Origin: Paraphysomonas bandaiensis
Lineage: Eukaryota > Protista > Chrysophyceae
Assembly: GCA_965644295.1 (NCBI GenBank)
Contig: CBFFRP010000563.1
Location: forward strand, 2,246-66,245
DNA length: 64,000 bases
Direction: 5' to 3'
In this document: positions 40,601 to 54,700 of the stretch, in pieces
How positions within the stretch are numbered: position 1 is the first letter of the stretch
How the letters are laid out: every line of letters begins with the position of its first letter
Notes under the pieces: model-generated
Database searches by the model: none
What the model was told of the DNA's origin: nothing
Seen by the model: the letters and a program-made list of their open reading frames with translations, nothing else
Translations under genes and position numbers: made by a program

Positions 40601-41141
40601 GAGGCGTTTCTTCATGACTATGATGAAATTGTCATTGACGTACCTCGTGTATCACAGTACACATCTTCTATAATGGCTCATTTATATACTAATGGCGCCA
40701 TTCCGAATTTGGAATTCATATTCACAGTTCCCGATGAAAACAACTTTTCTTTGAGCATGGGCAAATATGACCTTCTTGTTCAGGTATATGGTCGCTTGTG
40801 AATCTTGATTCCGTACCTTGGATATACAACCTGTATGTCAGTGCACATTATTTGTATATTTATATATCAATTCACTAACATGTTGTCTGAATATGTCTTA
40901 CTTTTGTCTTGTTAAATGTGATTCTGTTTTTTTTAGACTGCCGCTGCTGTGAAAGATCTGAAAGATGAAGATTCGGCTCGCAGCTTCTACAATGCATCTA
41001 TAGGTGACACCCAAAACATGGATAGCATGGACAAAGAACAACTCGATCGAGCGTTAGAGAAATATGGTGTCAACACATACCTGGTAACTGTCTTTTTACT
41101 TTATGTATTTCGACTTGTAATCGAGTACTTCACAGGTCTGA
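37639..41141 (+). CDS. eIF4G: Translation initiation factor eIF4G (2x PAM2, eIF4E-binding motif, MIF4G, MA3)
   Basis: LNKDAKEFVP and spliced LR|PAAQEFVP; R|YSKANLF (YxxxxL-phi); ILNQLSLENFEKL..KAQLEEPFCFMYADLC..FRTRLLNRCQEEF..SSKIRF (MIF4G); MNEYFLNDLLDEAV..DIDVP-like MA3 region. Confidence 0.92.
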
Positions 41142-43202
41142 TGTGCGAGGGGAACATTCTAACATATCATATGAATGAGATGAGCCATCTGATGTCATTG
41201 GGTTATATTCAGAATTCCGTGTATCTGATGCTAGCCAGAGGTTCCATTTTATACTATCCAGTGTAGCTTGTAATATTGATATAGTATGTCCTACTTGTCA
41301 ATTTAATCATTATAATATACAAAATATTGATACATAGATATATAGTATGTAGCTAATAGGCGGAAGGCGCTATAATGCTCTTCTTTCAAAGCTTTTCTTT
41401 TACTACATTGTTGTATTTGTCATTAAATATTCTGATTTCCTTTGCGTCATGAACCCTGGTCACACACTAAGTAGCGACATGTACAAAAATTGGTCTCAGC
41501 CAAACTCATCACAATCGCACCAAAACACCGTTCTGATTGAAGTGAGTTAATAGTGTGCAATAGGTGAAGTCAGCTCATACGTGTAACGGGTGACCATAGT
41601 TACAAAGGAATTAAATTCAGTTACTGATGTGTGACTATATAAGATATAGGAGTTACTGGTGAACGTATGATAAACATGTTGCTGAGAACAGATGTTTTAC
41701 AATTTACACGAATATGTAGTTAAGTCTTCAGATTAATAATTATGATTCCTTACTTGAAAGTGCATTGTGTTCAACAAAGCAAGATTAAGGTTTACATGTA
41801 GAGCAAGGTTAACTTCAGTGAAATATCCAATACTAACAATCACTATATTCCGTGTTACTAATATATACTTATCGTCACTCATATTCTCACAGTACGACTA
41901 ATAAGTATACTACTGTAATTTATAATCTGAATACCTTATAACTACAGCTTTCAGTTGCACTTATATAACAGGACTCAACATGTTGATATGATTGTAATAA
42001 TGATGGGCATCAAAATTTGACATAAGAGGATGGTAAATACTTGATAAACAGAATTTTTTTTTTGTAAATTATAATAAATATCACTTATCATTGATTGTCA
42101 TTTGCCATCTGCAAAATTTATGTTATATCAACTACCAATCATTTTCATACGATATTATATAGACGCGATCTTGCACAGTCAATATATTTTAGTTTCATCG
42201 CTGTTATTCCTATCACCACAATAGTTCGTTTGACACTGTTAATCACTACTGCATTCTTCATGTCGTAATTGCGCTTTTTTTAATACCTTAGAGCTACAGC
42301 TTTTAATTGCGCTCAAACACCAAACCTCAACAGTAGGAGTCAACATACTGCATATCATCATGAGCAGAGATGGAGAATCAACCCACTGAACTATACTGTC
42401 AAATTAATGAGCAAACGGTTTCTGAGATGACGGACGAACCGTATACTGTACAGTGATAGTTAGTATAATAGGTTGGGCGGATATGGCGATCATTTTACTG
42501 GCACTTTCTTATTGACTGTTTAGACTGGCATTCTATAACAGGTAATAAGAAAAACATATTTGTATGAAGACGACAGCATCAATTTAAGCAGTTTGGAGTT
42601 TACTTTTTGGTGAATAGCTTGACAGAGACAGACAGTACGATTTGTAATGTTGAACATGAATAGTGTTCTTAGTTGTAGGTACTTATCATGATTGTTCGAT
42701 GTTATTACAGTAGATGAGTTATGTGATTATGAAGAGTCGTTTATGATTAATCAAGTATATTTTCTAATAAGACACACTAGCGTAAGCAATATATTGCGAG
42801 GCCAAATTTTGTAGCAAGCAAAAATAAATAATTGCAATATTTATAGCAATATATTTTAATCCAATATATTTTTGACTGTCCCTGTGCATTATGTAATAGT
42901 TACACAATGTGGGAAATCAAGTCTCGACAACTTGTATGACTTCAAATATTAGTTTGAATTCTTATGAAGTAGTTAGAATCTCTGACATTGACGAATTCAA
43001 GATCTCTAGAATTACATAGCTATCGTAAATATACATCTGAGAAAGGTATAATAGAAAAAGATTAAGTACTTTTTAGATTAAGTATCTTGACTGCTCTCAT
43101 ACACACTACTACAACTATTTGCATGCTGTGCACTATAAAAATTCATATAAAAAGTCAATTAAAATTCAAACTGGCTAGATAGAGAATAACACATATGGCC
43201 CA

Positions 43203-46200
43203 CTACCGATTCGCTAAGTTGGTAACTACTAGATCGATTATCTTCCCCGATTGAGACACCATGGACGACTGTAAATCCTGAAGCAACTTTCTTACATCAT
43301 CGAGTGAGTCCTGTGCAAAATCTCTATCAGGACATCAACGAGGAATACATACACTTCTACCTGAGTGGCCATTACTCTCCGTAGTCGCTCATTCTCTTGA
43401 ACCAACTCAGCAATACGTTTGTCCTGACTGTCTGCTCTCGTTTCAAGCGCAACCAAGCGCTGCAAGATAGTCTTTTGTTCTACCTCTTTGTCGGTCTTAA
43501 ACTGCTCATGTTTCAATCGCTCCTGCTGAAGCTCACTCTTTAAACCCTCTAGAATAGTAATAAGTAGTTAGTACAGCATAAACGCACGCTATTAAAGTTT
43601 TCAGTGTTAGCTGATACCGGGTACTATATGTACACAAGACTACGGTATACAAGAAACTAATTCTTCCACAAATCAATAATATGATGAGCACAGAAAGTAT
43701 ACATCTTACCTATCATTCTATTGGCATTCGATGTTGACTCATCTACTTGACGTGCCAAAAAACTCATATTGAAGGCCATTACACTATTAATATCAGAACG
43801 CAATTGCTGGACGGCAGTCAATGCGTTTTCTGTGCTCTCTGCGACAGAGTTGATCTGTGTTTTACTGGAATCGACTTCTTGTATTAAGGCTTGCATGGTC
43901 ATATTCTGAGAAGATATGGCCTGGTTGAGGGAGATTTGCATTTGTTGTATATCTACACCACGCAGCTTCATATCCATACTGTTAACGTGACTGTCCATTT
44001 GTTCAATTTGTTGTTGTGTGGAACTAATATAACTCTCGAACACTTTGTAGGAAGAGTTAACAGAAGCAAACACTTGGTCCAAAGTCCTTCTATTGACACC
44101 TGTAGCCAACGTCAAGTTAAAAACCTGATCTCGAATTTGGAATATATCTGACTGCGCGGATAGGGTGGTATTGGTAAGGTACTGCAACGAAACATCATCT
44201 ACAGCAGATTGCTTCTCTAGTAACATTATTTTGTTCCAAGTTTCCATCGAATTGTTTTGTAGCCGCGCCAAATCTGATTGCATGTCGGAGACATTAGCTT
44301 CCAATAACGCAGACTGAACTGTCAGAGCACTCGAAGTATCGCGTAACGACGCTGTTAAGTTCTCCGTTTGAGAGATACGAAAATAAGCCTGATCTAATCG
44401 TCCGCTAGTGACCGCCGTATACGTATCCAACATTTGCTTTTGCTGATTTTCTGCAAAACGCAAAGAGCTATTTACATATTTCTCCGTATCGTAAAGACTG
44501 GAATGAAGGGATCGATTGATAGCTTCGACTGAATTATTCAAGGATGAAATATTGCCATATAAGATACCCATATATACATTCATATCTTGCGATCTCATCT
44601 GATGAATGGTGTTCAACAAGTCACTATTCACTTTTGTTAAATCACTTCGAAGTGAAGTGAAGTTAGACCGGACCTCGTCTCTAGTACTGCGAATAGACAC
44701 CGCTGACGAATCAACAGCCTGATCGATTTGCTGACTCAGTGACCGGCTTTGGTGATAATACAGATCCATGAGTGTTGTATTGACACCATCCACAGTTGTT
44801 CGCAATGTATGGAGCAGGTGGTCGCTACTATTGCTCAGTTTAGTATCTAGGAATAGTCTATCAGCCTCTATTTGCTCCTGAATCATTGCGTAGTGATATG
44901 ATACATTATCGTGAAGGTTTCGTTTGTATATATCCAACTCAGACCACATGACAGACTGGTTGGCTTGAAATTGCCGCAACTCCTCATCCGTAACTAGAGC
45001 ATTGGCTTGGATGCTGTTCACAGTATCATTCACAGATGTCACATTCATAATTGTCTCTCGTTTCCAATGCGCTATTCCCTCTGTCATAATAGACTGTACA
45101 CTAGTTAAGTTCTGATACGCTTCTTCCAGTCCTTGTCTCTGTGATTCGTTTAGAAACTGGATATTTGACTGGAGCGATACTATGAAATTTGATAGTGTGT
45201 TGTTCAAATCCATGAGACGAAGAGTCGTATTTGATTCTAACTCATCAATTGACTGCTCCAATATCAGCTTAGCTCTCGTAGCGTTATTCAAGAGATATGA
45301 AACATTTTCAAGTACTGTCGTGTTCAAACGCTGAAATCCGGTAGTCATGTTGGTTTCCAGACTTTTATAGCGACTTTCAGCAGTACTGGATAATAGCGAG
45401 ATAGTTTCTTGAATATTATGTTCAATGAAAGTCAGATTTCGTCGTGTACTGTTTAAAGCTTCGTGTACGACGTCATCATTCGATTTCATGGTTGAGTTAA
45501 CAAGTTCCAATTGTTCACTCATATGACCCTCCAATGCTTGAACCAGATCATAAAGAGACACGTTTACATAAGATAAGTTCGCAGCAGACGCATCACCAAG
45601 GCTAGTCAAGTCGTTCTCAAATTGCAAAACTGCGACTTGGTATGTTTCCTGTAATGAAGCAAGAGACGAGATCAGGGTGCTATTAAGCAACTCCAGAGAA
45701 TCATTGGAGGAATTATGGTTAGAAGCGACGACTACTTCTAGAGCCCCAAGATTTGAAGAAATATTTTCAGCAGTTTTGTGCACTAAATCATATATCGATG
45801 TGTTCAGTTCCTGCTGATATTTCTCAGAAAGTAGCCGAAATTCGTTCAGTTCGCCATCCAGACGTTCTAAGTGTGATGGTCTATGAACCATATCTACCAC
45901 TTCCCATGAGTCATCCACCTCAGCACCACCCTGTATATCGGAATGTTTCAATGGGCTCGGTGAGTTGGCTTTACCCACTTTTCCGTTGACATCTCTCAAA
46001 ATTTGTCGTACATCCCTCACATCTATTCTTGGTTTAGGCTTTGCTCCCTGCACTGTAGAGGTGTGAACAGCCTCCTTATACTGGTCATTCTCCGTCTGGT
46101 CATAGAGTACAGTGGCAATCTCACCTATGACATACTTCAATTCCTTCAGCTGATTTTTTATAAACGTATCTACTACTTCAAATCGACTGTCTGTACGCGC

Positions 46201-49200
46201 CTCGTGCGAATGAAGGTGTTTTGATAGACTGACATTGAGGAGACCAATGTCATCATACAAACTCGCGTTGAAATCCGCCAATTGTGTTGTGAAAGAACCA
46301 TTCAAATCAGAAATTCTGTATAAAGTATCTTGAGAAGTTGCCACAACACTATCTGCATGCTGCTCGAGAACAGAAGACAAATTGGTCACACTGTCATTCA
46401 ACATTGATGTATACTTTGCGATACTATCATGAGTTCTGATATCAGATTCATTCAGTGCGGCTTGTAGCATGGTAGACACACTTAATAACTCTTCATTTAA
46501 CGTTGTCAACGAAGTATTCACTTCATTTCGAATTGAGTTTTCAAGGGTAGATAAGTTGGACAGTAATTCAACTTCCACTTCTTGAAACTTTAGTCTGGAC
46601 AAGTTCTTAAAGTCAGATAATGAGACATTCACGTCTCCAATTACTCGAGCAAGTATTGAATTACTTCTTGCAATAGCAGCCGAAGTATTGGATGCTAGTT
46701 CGTCAATATATTCGTTGGTTTCATTCAGAGCTGCATGAAGCAGAGAAAAATTTAGAGATGCCATTTCAGTTGCATTTCCAACTTGCTCCTGCAAGAAACT
46801 GATGTTTCTTCTTGCTCCTTCAAAATCATTCTCTACACGATCTTTCAACACAATCAATTCAACATTGATACCGTTAGTGAGATTATCTTGTAACTCCGAC
46901 AATTGTGTTTGGGTATGGTGAGATTGGTTCCTGTAGAGTTCTGTCATGGAATCCGTGTTGCTCGTCATATACTCTAACAAGGTATCACGAAGATTGGTAA
47001 GGTTTCGCTGAACTTGATCAGATAACTCCTCTGTCGCAGTGGTGGTAAGTAGAGCAGACTCATTTCTAAGATTCTCAAAGTCGCTATGAATTCTCGATAT
47101 GGAACTCTGGACTTCTCCAACGGTACTGTTAACTAATTCCAGATTAGCTGTGGAAGAATTCGTGTACGCGTCCAGTTTGCTTGAAATATAATCGCGTATC
47201 GTTTCCCCAAGGGCGGATATGTTCTGGTAGCCTTCAGAGCGCAGTCTTCAAACAAGACATCATAATGCAATATTATAAGATTGTAAGAGAGCACGTACTC
47301 AGTAATATTTGTTTGTATTTCATCGCGTAGGGAACTTTGAATTTGTGTACTCCAAGCTGGTAATACCTCAAGCTGTAGATTTTCAATTGTAGAATTCATA
47401 TCGCTTACTGATTTAACTATATCCTCAAGAGAAAATGATAACACCAGAACCTCCTCCATAACGCTGCTATTCATTGATTCCACCATTGCCTCCGATGTAG
47501 TTCTAAAAGTTGCCAAATTTTCCATTACTTCGGTAGATAATCCTTCCAGTTGTAGGCTTATTTTCGAAGAAAAATCAGTGAAACTCGCTTGATTGTTCTG
47601 CAATAACTCATCCAGTTGTGAAGCTGTGGATGACTGAATACTATCAACTCTAGCGGAAATCGGCTGTATCAGTGTAGATTCAATATAATCAGAGATGGCC
47701 TGCAGAGTACAAAATCATTGAATACTATTCATAACAGTCAATAAGTAAATGTCAATACAGAATAAAACAATGCCATGGCAATATGTACACTATCCATCGA
47801 TGAGTGCACACGAATCCCTTCTGAAGATTCGCCACTCAGAATATAGGCGGAATTTATATATATGTATATGTACTAATTCAGCATACCTGTTGAGCAGATG
47901 CTTGTGCATTTGCTACTTTTTCACTTACAAAGAGCAAGCTGTCAACAATGGAGAGCATGTTGCTTGACACCTGTGAATGCGTAATTATCACTATCGTACA
48001 TGATGTGTACTATGTATCAACTATATAAATCACTGCATATGTGGTGGACGAATATATACTGCATCGCTAGACAACAATAGTACTGAATTCATTTCTCAAT
48101 ACAGTATACTGTCGCTCATTATCCATTTATGGGTGGTATGTAACGAACATACCGACGGGTGCCCGGCATTCGACCGCTCTTTGCATTCCTCAGGAGTAGC
48201 AGTTGTGTCAAACACACCATCCACAATACAAAGATTGTATGCCACCTATAAATTATAATACATGTAACCTCGGCCGTACTAAAGTTGTGATTAAAATACT
48301 ACCTTTCTAGAAAGCTCCCTATCGAGTACAACATCTCTGAATGCCGCATTACCACTCATGCTAAATAGGTAATAAGGACTCTCGTCAGGAGCGTAAATTT
48401 GAATCACCGTCTTCTCATTGTGATGCAAGGAAAGTTTCCCCTCATTCATCATTGTAATCCAACGGATCAATCCCTTGGCCTTAAAAGCAAATGACATACA
48501 TTACTTTGTACGAAAACTTATATGTCATATTAGGAGGAATGAGTTCCGGTTCATGAATGCAGTAAGTATAACACGAATGGGTTGTACTTACGAATTCAAT
48601 ATGCGTTGGTGAATACTTGAGTGTCCCACCACTAGTCACGATTTCGAGTATATCAAGATCGATTTTCAAACCATTTCCATGAACTCGTGTCATACGAGGT
48701 TGCTTGGTGTCGAGGTTGAATGAGGAGCCCTTGACCATACCACCACCTATAACAAAACAGTATCACTACTAAGTAGTGCATATATATGACTGTATGTGCA
48801 TATATATGACTGTGTGTGTATATATAAGACTGTATGTGTATATATATGACTGTATGTGTATATATATGACTGTATGTGTATATATATGACTGTATGTGCA
48901 TATATATGACTGTATGTGTATATATATGACTGTATGTGTATATATATGACTGTATGTGTATACATATGACTGTATGTGTATATATATGACTGTATGTGTA
49001 TATATATGACTGTATGTGTATATATATGACTGTATGTGTATATATATGACTGTATGTGTATATATATGACTGTATGTGTATATATATGACTGTATGTGTA
49101 TATATATGACTGTATGTGTATATATATGACTGTATGTGTATATATATGACTGTATGTGTATATATATGACTGTATGTGCATATATATGACTGTATGTGTA

Positions 49201-50696
49201 TATATATGACTGTATGTGTATATATATGACTGTATGTGTATATATATGACTGTATGTGTATATATATGACTGTATGTGTATATATATGACTGTATGTGTA
49301 TATATATGACTGTATGTGTATATATATGACTGTATGTGTATATATATGACTGTATGTGTATATATATGACTGTATGTGTATATATATGACTGTATGTGTA
49401 TATATATGACTGTATGTGTATATATATGACTGTATGTGTATATATATGACTGTATGTGTATATATATGACTGTATGTGTATATATATGACTGTATGTGTA
49501 TATATATGACTGTATGTGTATATATATGACTGTATGTGTATATATATGACTGTATGTGTATATATATGACTGTATGTGTATATATATGACTGTATGTGTA
49601 TATATATGACTGTATGTGTATATATATGACTGTATGTGTATATATATGACTGTATGTGTATATATATGACTGTATGTGTATATATATGACTGTATGTGTA
49701 TATATATGACTGTATGTGTATATATATGACTGTATGTGTATATATATGACTGTATGTGTATATATATGACTGTATGTGTATATATATGACTGTATGTGTA
49801 TATATATGACTGTATGTGTATATATATGACTGTATGTGTATATATATGACTGTATGTGTATATGTATGTGTATATATATGACTGTATGTGTATATATATG
49901 ACTGTATGTGTATATATATGACTGTATGTGTATATATATGACTGTGTGTGTATATATATGACTGTATGTGTATATATATGACTGTATGTGTATATATATG
50001 ACTGTATGTGTATATATATGACTGTATGTGTATATATATGACTGTATGTGTATATATATGACTGTATGTGTATATATATGACTGTATGTGTATATATATG
50101 ACTGTATGTGTATATATATGACTGTATGTGCATATATATGACTGTATGTGTATATATATGACTGTATGTGTATATATATGACTGTATGTGTATATATATG
50201 ACTGTATGTGTATATATATGACTGTATGTGTATATATATGACTGTATGTGTATATATATGACTGTATGTGCATATATATGACTGTATGTGTATATATATG
50301 ACTGTATGTGTATATATATGACTGTATGTGTATATATATGACTGTATGTGTATATATATGACTGTATGTGCATATATATGACTGTATGTGTATATATATG
50401 ACTGTATGTGTATATATATGACTGTATGTGCATATATATGACTGTGTGTGCATATATATGACTGTATGTGTATATATATGACTGTATGTGTATATATATG
50501 ACTGTATGTGTATATATATGACTGTATGTGTATATATATGACTGTATGTGTATATATATGACTGTGTGTGTATATGTATGTGTATGCAGCAGCAGTTACC
50601 TCCTCCTCCGAGTCCATTCCCCATCATAGAGACGCCTGACATACAAGGTCTGCATGCCAGTAACAGCACACCTACTATACATAAATGCATATACAT
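43203..50696 (-). CDS. Very large secreted coiled-coil glycoprotein of unknown function (~1650 aa, ~9 exons)
   Basis: A signal-peptide exon (MHLCIVGVLLLACRPC) splices across the 20-bp array to GGGMVKGSSF. Further GT-AG exons join the 1107-aa ORF, and the last exon ends VVTNLANR*. Helical heptad character with very dense N-x-S/T sequons. Confidence 0.75.
48779..50580. repeat. Intronic 20-bp minisatellite, ~90 copies
   Basis: Unit tatatatgactgtatgtgta. It fills intron 1 of the coiled-coil gene. Confidence 0.98.
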
Positions 50697-50847
50697 ACTT
50701 ATATTTCAATTACTTTAATAAATTGATTGCAAATGTATTGAATGGAATCTCTGCTTGCAATACATACATATGTATGTGTATATATACAGAGCTTAACGTA
50801 ATATCTTGCCAGTGTATACACACACACAACATACATACACACACCTA

Positions 50848-50983
50848 CCGTCTCATATTTCGGGAATATTTTGATGTAAAAATGCTTTATATTACTGCTG
50901 TATAACTACGGCTAGAATACAGATAATTATTGTCTCAATATTAGAGGCATATTCGAACAAAAATATAAACAGGATGCCGATAC
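50848..50983 (+). repeat. Dispersed MITE-like repeat family A, copy 2
   Basis: Aligns with 523-665. Confidence 0.85.
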
Positions 50984-51723
50984 ACAGTACCTCCAACTGC
51001 CTCAAAACTCCATACCCTCAAGAAAGTAAAAAACCTGGGTATTCATAGAATTTGGAATAAGAGATGAAACAAAAAAGACGTTTTTCTACAAAATATGAGG
51101 TTTTTGTAAGAATAATGTGTGTAAGAAATTCCTTCGAAAGTAACGTTGCACATACAGCAGTGTGCAATAAATGGGATTTTATGTGTCTGTATATTACAAA
51201 TGAAGGGTTTATGTAATCATAATCCTAATAATCCATAGTTTCTATGAAAGTATGATATATAAAGTGGAGATTTTTATGTGTGAGTATGATGGTGTTAGTT
51301 ACAATACTCTTCAATCGTATGAATTGTTACGTATGCACTCCAATGCTCGTAAAGCTATAATTCCATTCATTATATTGAAAGGTTGATACTTGCTTATAAA
51401 GTACCGGTTTCTGTATAGGGAACGAGAGCGAGGGTGCATTAACTCAAAACCCCTGATTTAAAAGCATTAAAACCTCGATATTTCTATAAAACAGAGGGTT
51501 TTCCCATCTGTACGTACGACGTAGTTGTTGTTACACCAACAGCAGCTTCCTTCTACGCAAAACCCTTGATTTATATATTAAAACCATGAAATGCCATTAA
51601 AGCTTGTTTTTATATGAATGGCAGGTGTGTCATAGTGCTCATATGATAATATTTAACGGTTAAAATCACTCCATTAGCATCTTATTACATCATTCATTTA
51701 ATATACTCACTATCTAATCAATC

Positions 51724-54700
51724 ATGGTGGCACAAAACAATGATCTTAATGGTCCTAAGAGTATTGGTATGATAATCTTATTGTTTAGTAGCATTATTGC
51801 TGCAACTGCCAATACACTCCTATTTAAGATTGCATTGAATGCATTTTCATCACCAACAACGAATTATGGTTTCTTTGTATCTCAATTTTCTACATTATTA
51901 TATACACTTCAAGCTGTATTAATATCATGCATTATGATGTGGAGAGAAAATATTTCAATTAAGGATTTATTAACTACGAATCAGCCCGTATATCTCTATA
52001 TGGGGGGATTAGATGCGGCAAGTGCAACTATTGGTGCTATTGCAGGTGCAGATACACCTGGAGAAATGCAAACTATTATAAATCAAATGATTATTCCATT
52101 AACAATGATTGGTGCCTTTTTATTTCTTGGATCACAATTTGAGACTTATCAAATATGGGGAAGTGTATTGATATTATTTGGTGCTGCTGTCGCCTCCAGT
52201 GATTATTTATTTTACCCCACTCATCATGATGAAGATTCTAATGGTGGCATTGCATTGCCCGTGGCGATTACATTGTACGTAATTTCAGTGGTTCCTTCTG
52301 CTCTGTCGAATATTTACAAGGAAAGGAAGATGAAGGAATTGGACATGAACGAAGTACACACATCTACCATTGTCTCCTTTTGGCAACTTTGGATTGGATT
52401 TGTATTTTTACCGCTGCTCTCTCTTCCGTCGTTAGGTATCATTTTGTCGTGAATCATATTGTCTGTAACGTGTATATTAGGTGGCTTGACGTATCATCAA
52501 ATGACCTCTCAGCTCTCAGATGGCTTTACTTGTTTTATGGGGACCAACCCCAATGACCCTGACCATGACTGCTCCAATTCAGCAGCTATACTACTTGTTT
52601 ACATTGTCCTCAATTTCATATATAACATCATGATGTTAGCGATAACCAAGCGAGGCAGTGCTGTTCTATTGGTGATTTCTCAGGTGTATTTTGTCTTCGG
52701 TGTGTATTCCATCTGTATTGGTACATTTCGTTGCATTACCTTCTTTATTTATATACGCTAATATTTATCTTCTTTAGGCCCTCTCTCTACCACTAACAAA
52801 CATAGCGTTTACTTTGACACCTCTTATGGGTGATGATGCCGAGCCGCTATCAATAATGGATTTAGTAGGACTGGTTCTGGTTTGCATTGGCTTTTTGGCC
52901 TATAGCGGGTTCGGTTTTGCTTCAAACTTTATGGTAGTCCAGGTAATAATCTCTTTTGTAACCAATCAGACCACGTGCACAATTTATTGATATTACGTAT
53001 ATATAGGGACCGCCTGGTCAGATGGCATATGCTCACTTCGAAGACCATGACGAAGTGATTGTATCAACGAAAGTGGCCAGCGACCCTCAGGAGCTTGCAG
53101 ATTTCATTGTTGGATCTATACTTCAAAAACAGATATCACGGGAGCAAAGCTTAGTCAACCCAGGTATATGATACAAACAAGAGATTTATTGTCCTACAAA
53201 AGCAGGACTAACATGTTACCATTACGATATAATCCCAGTTATAGCTGGCGTTGTAAATTCTAATGAGAACTTCGTATATGTGGTCAATGTATAGTTTGAT
53301 GATGTGGCATGTGATGAGTGATAGTATTATCTGTCAATCCGCTGATATCTCTCACGAGAATCTGACGAGAGTCTACTACATATCATTCTGATGCTGCATT
53401 GTTATTCCTGATGGTTATTATGATTTCGATGATGACTTTGTGTATGTGGTCAATGTATAGTTTGATGATGTGGCATGTGATGAGTGATAGTATTATCTGT
53501 CAATCCGCTGATATCTCTCACGAGAATCTGACGAGAGTCTACTACATATCATTCTGATGCTGCATTGTTATTCCTGATGGTTATTATGATTTCGATGATG
53601 ACTTTGTGTATGTGGTCAATGTATAGTTTGATGATGTGGCATGTGATGAGTGATAGTATTATCTGTCAATCCGCTGATATCTCTCACGAGAATCTGACGA
53701 GAGTCTACTACATATCATTCTGATGCTGCATTGTTATTCCTGATGGTTATTATGATTTCGATGATGACTTTGTGTATGTGGTCAATGTATAGTTTGATGA
53801 TGTGGCATGTGATGAGTGATAGTATTATCTGTCAATCCGCTGATATCTCTCACGAGAATCTGACGAGAGTCTACTACATATCATTCTGATGCTGCATTGT
53901 TATTCCTGATGGTTATTATGATTTCGATGATGACTTTGTGTATGTGGTCAATGTATAGTTTGATGATGTGGCATGTGATGAGTGATAGTATTATCTGTCA
54001 ATCCGCTGATATCTCTCACGAGAATCTGACGAGAGTCTACTACATATCATTCTGATGCTGCATTGTTATTCCTGATGGTTATTATGATTTCGATGATGAC
54101 TTTGTGTATGTGGTCAATGTATAGTTTGATGATGTGGCATGTGATGAGTGATAGTATTATCTGTCAATCCGCTGATATCTCTCACGAGAATCTGACGAGA
54201 GTCTACTACATATCATTCTGATGCTGCATTGTTATTCCTGATGGTTATTATGATTTCGATGATGACTTTGTGTATGTGGTCAATGTATAGTTTGATGATG
54301 TGGCATGTGATGAGTGATAGTATTATCTGTCAATCCGCTGATATCTCTCACGAGAATCTGACGAGAGTCTACTACATATCATTCTGATGCTGCATTGTTA
54401 TTCCTGATGGTTATTATGATTTCGATGATGACTTTGTGTATGTGGTCAATGTATAGTTTGATGATGTGGCATGTGATGAGTGATAGTATTATCTGTCAAT
54501 CCGCTGATATCTCTCACGAGAATCTGACGAGAGTCTACTACATATCATTCTGATGCTGCATTGTTATTCCTGATGGTTATTATGATTTCGATGATGACTT
54601 TGTATATGTGGTCAATGTATAGTTTGATGATGTGGCATGTGATGAGTGATAGTATTATCTGTCAATCCGCTGATATCTCTCACGAGAATCTGACGAGAGT

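Noticed and set aside
41168-41231. Possible C/D snoRNA after the eIF4G stop (two CTGA; atgagccat complementary to 18S AUGGCUCAU)
   Set aside because: Box C is non-canonical and overlaps the guide, the match is only 9-10 nt, and it lies in a 3' UTR.
48653-50696. 550-650-aa HIYT-rich ORFs, and similar ORFs at 24412-25092 and 60000-64000
   Set aside because: Translations of stop-free satellites. Splice sites place the 20-bp array in an intron.
53350-53380. Hammerhead ribozyme suggested by CTGACGA (also at ~58039)
   Set aside because: No stem II followed by GAAA. In the array it is better explained as a C' box.
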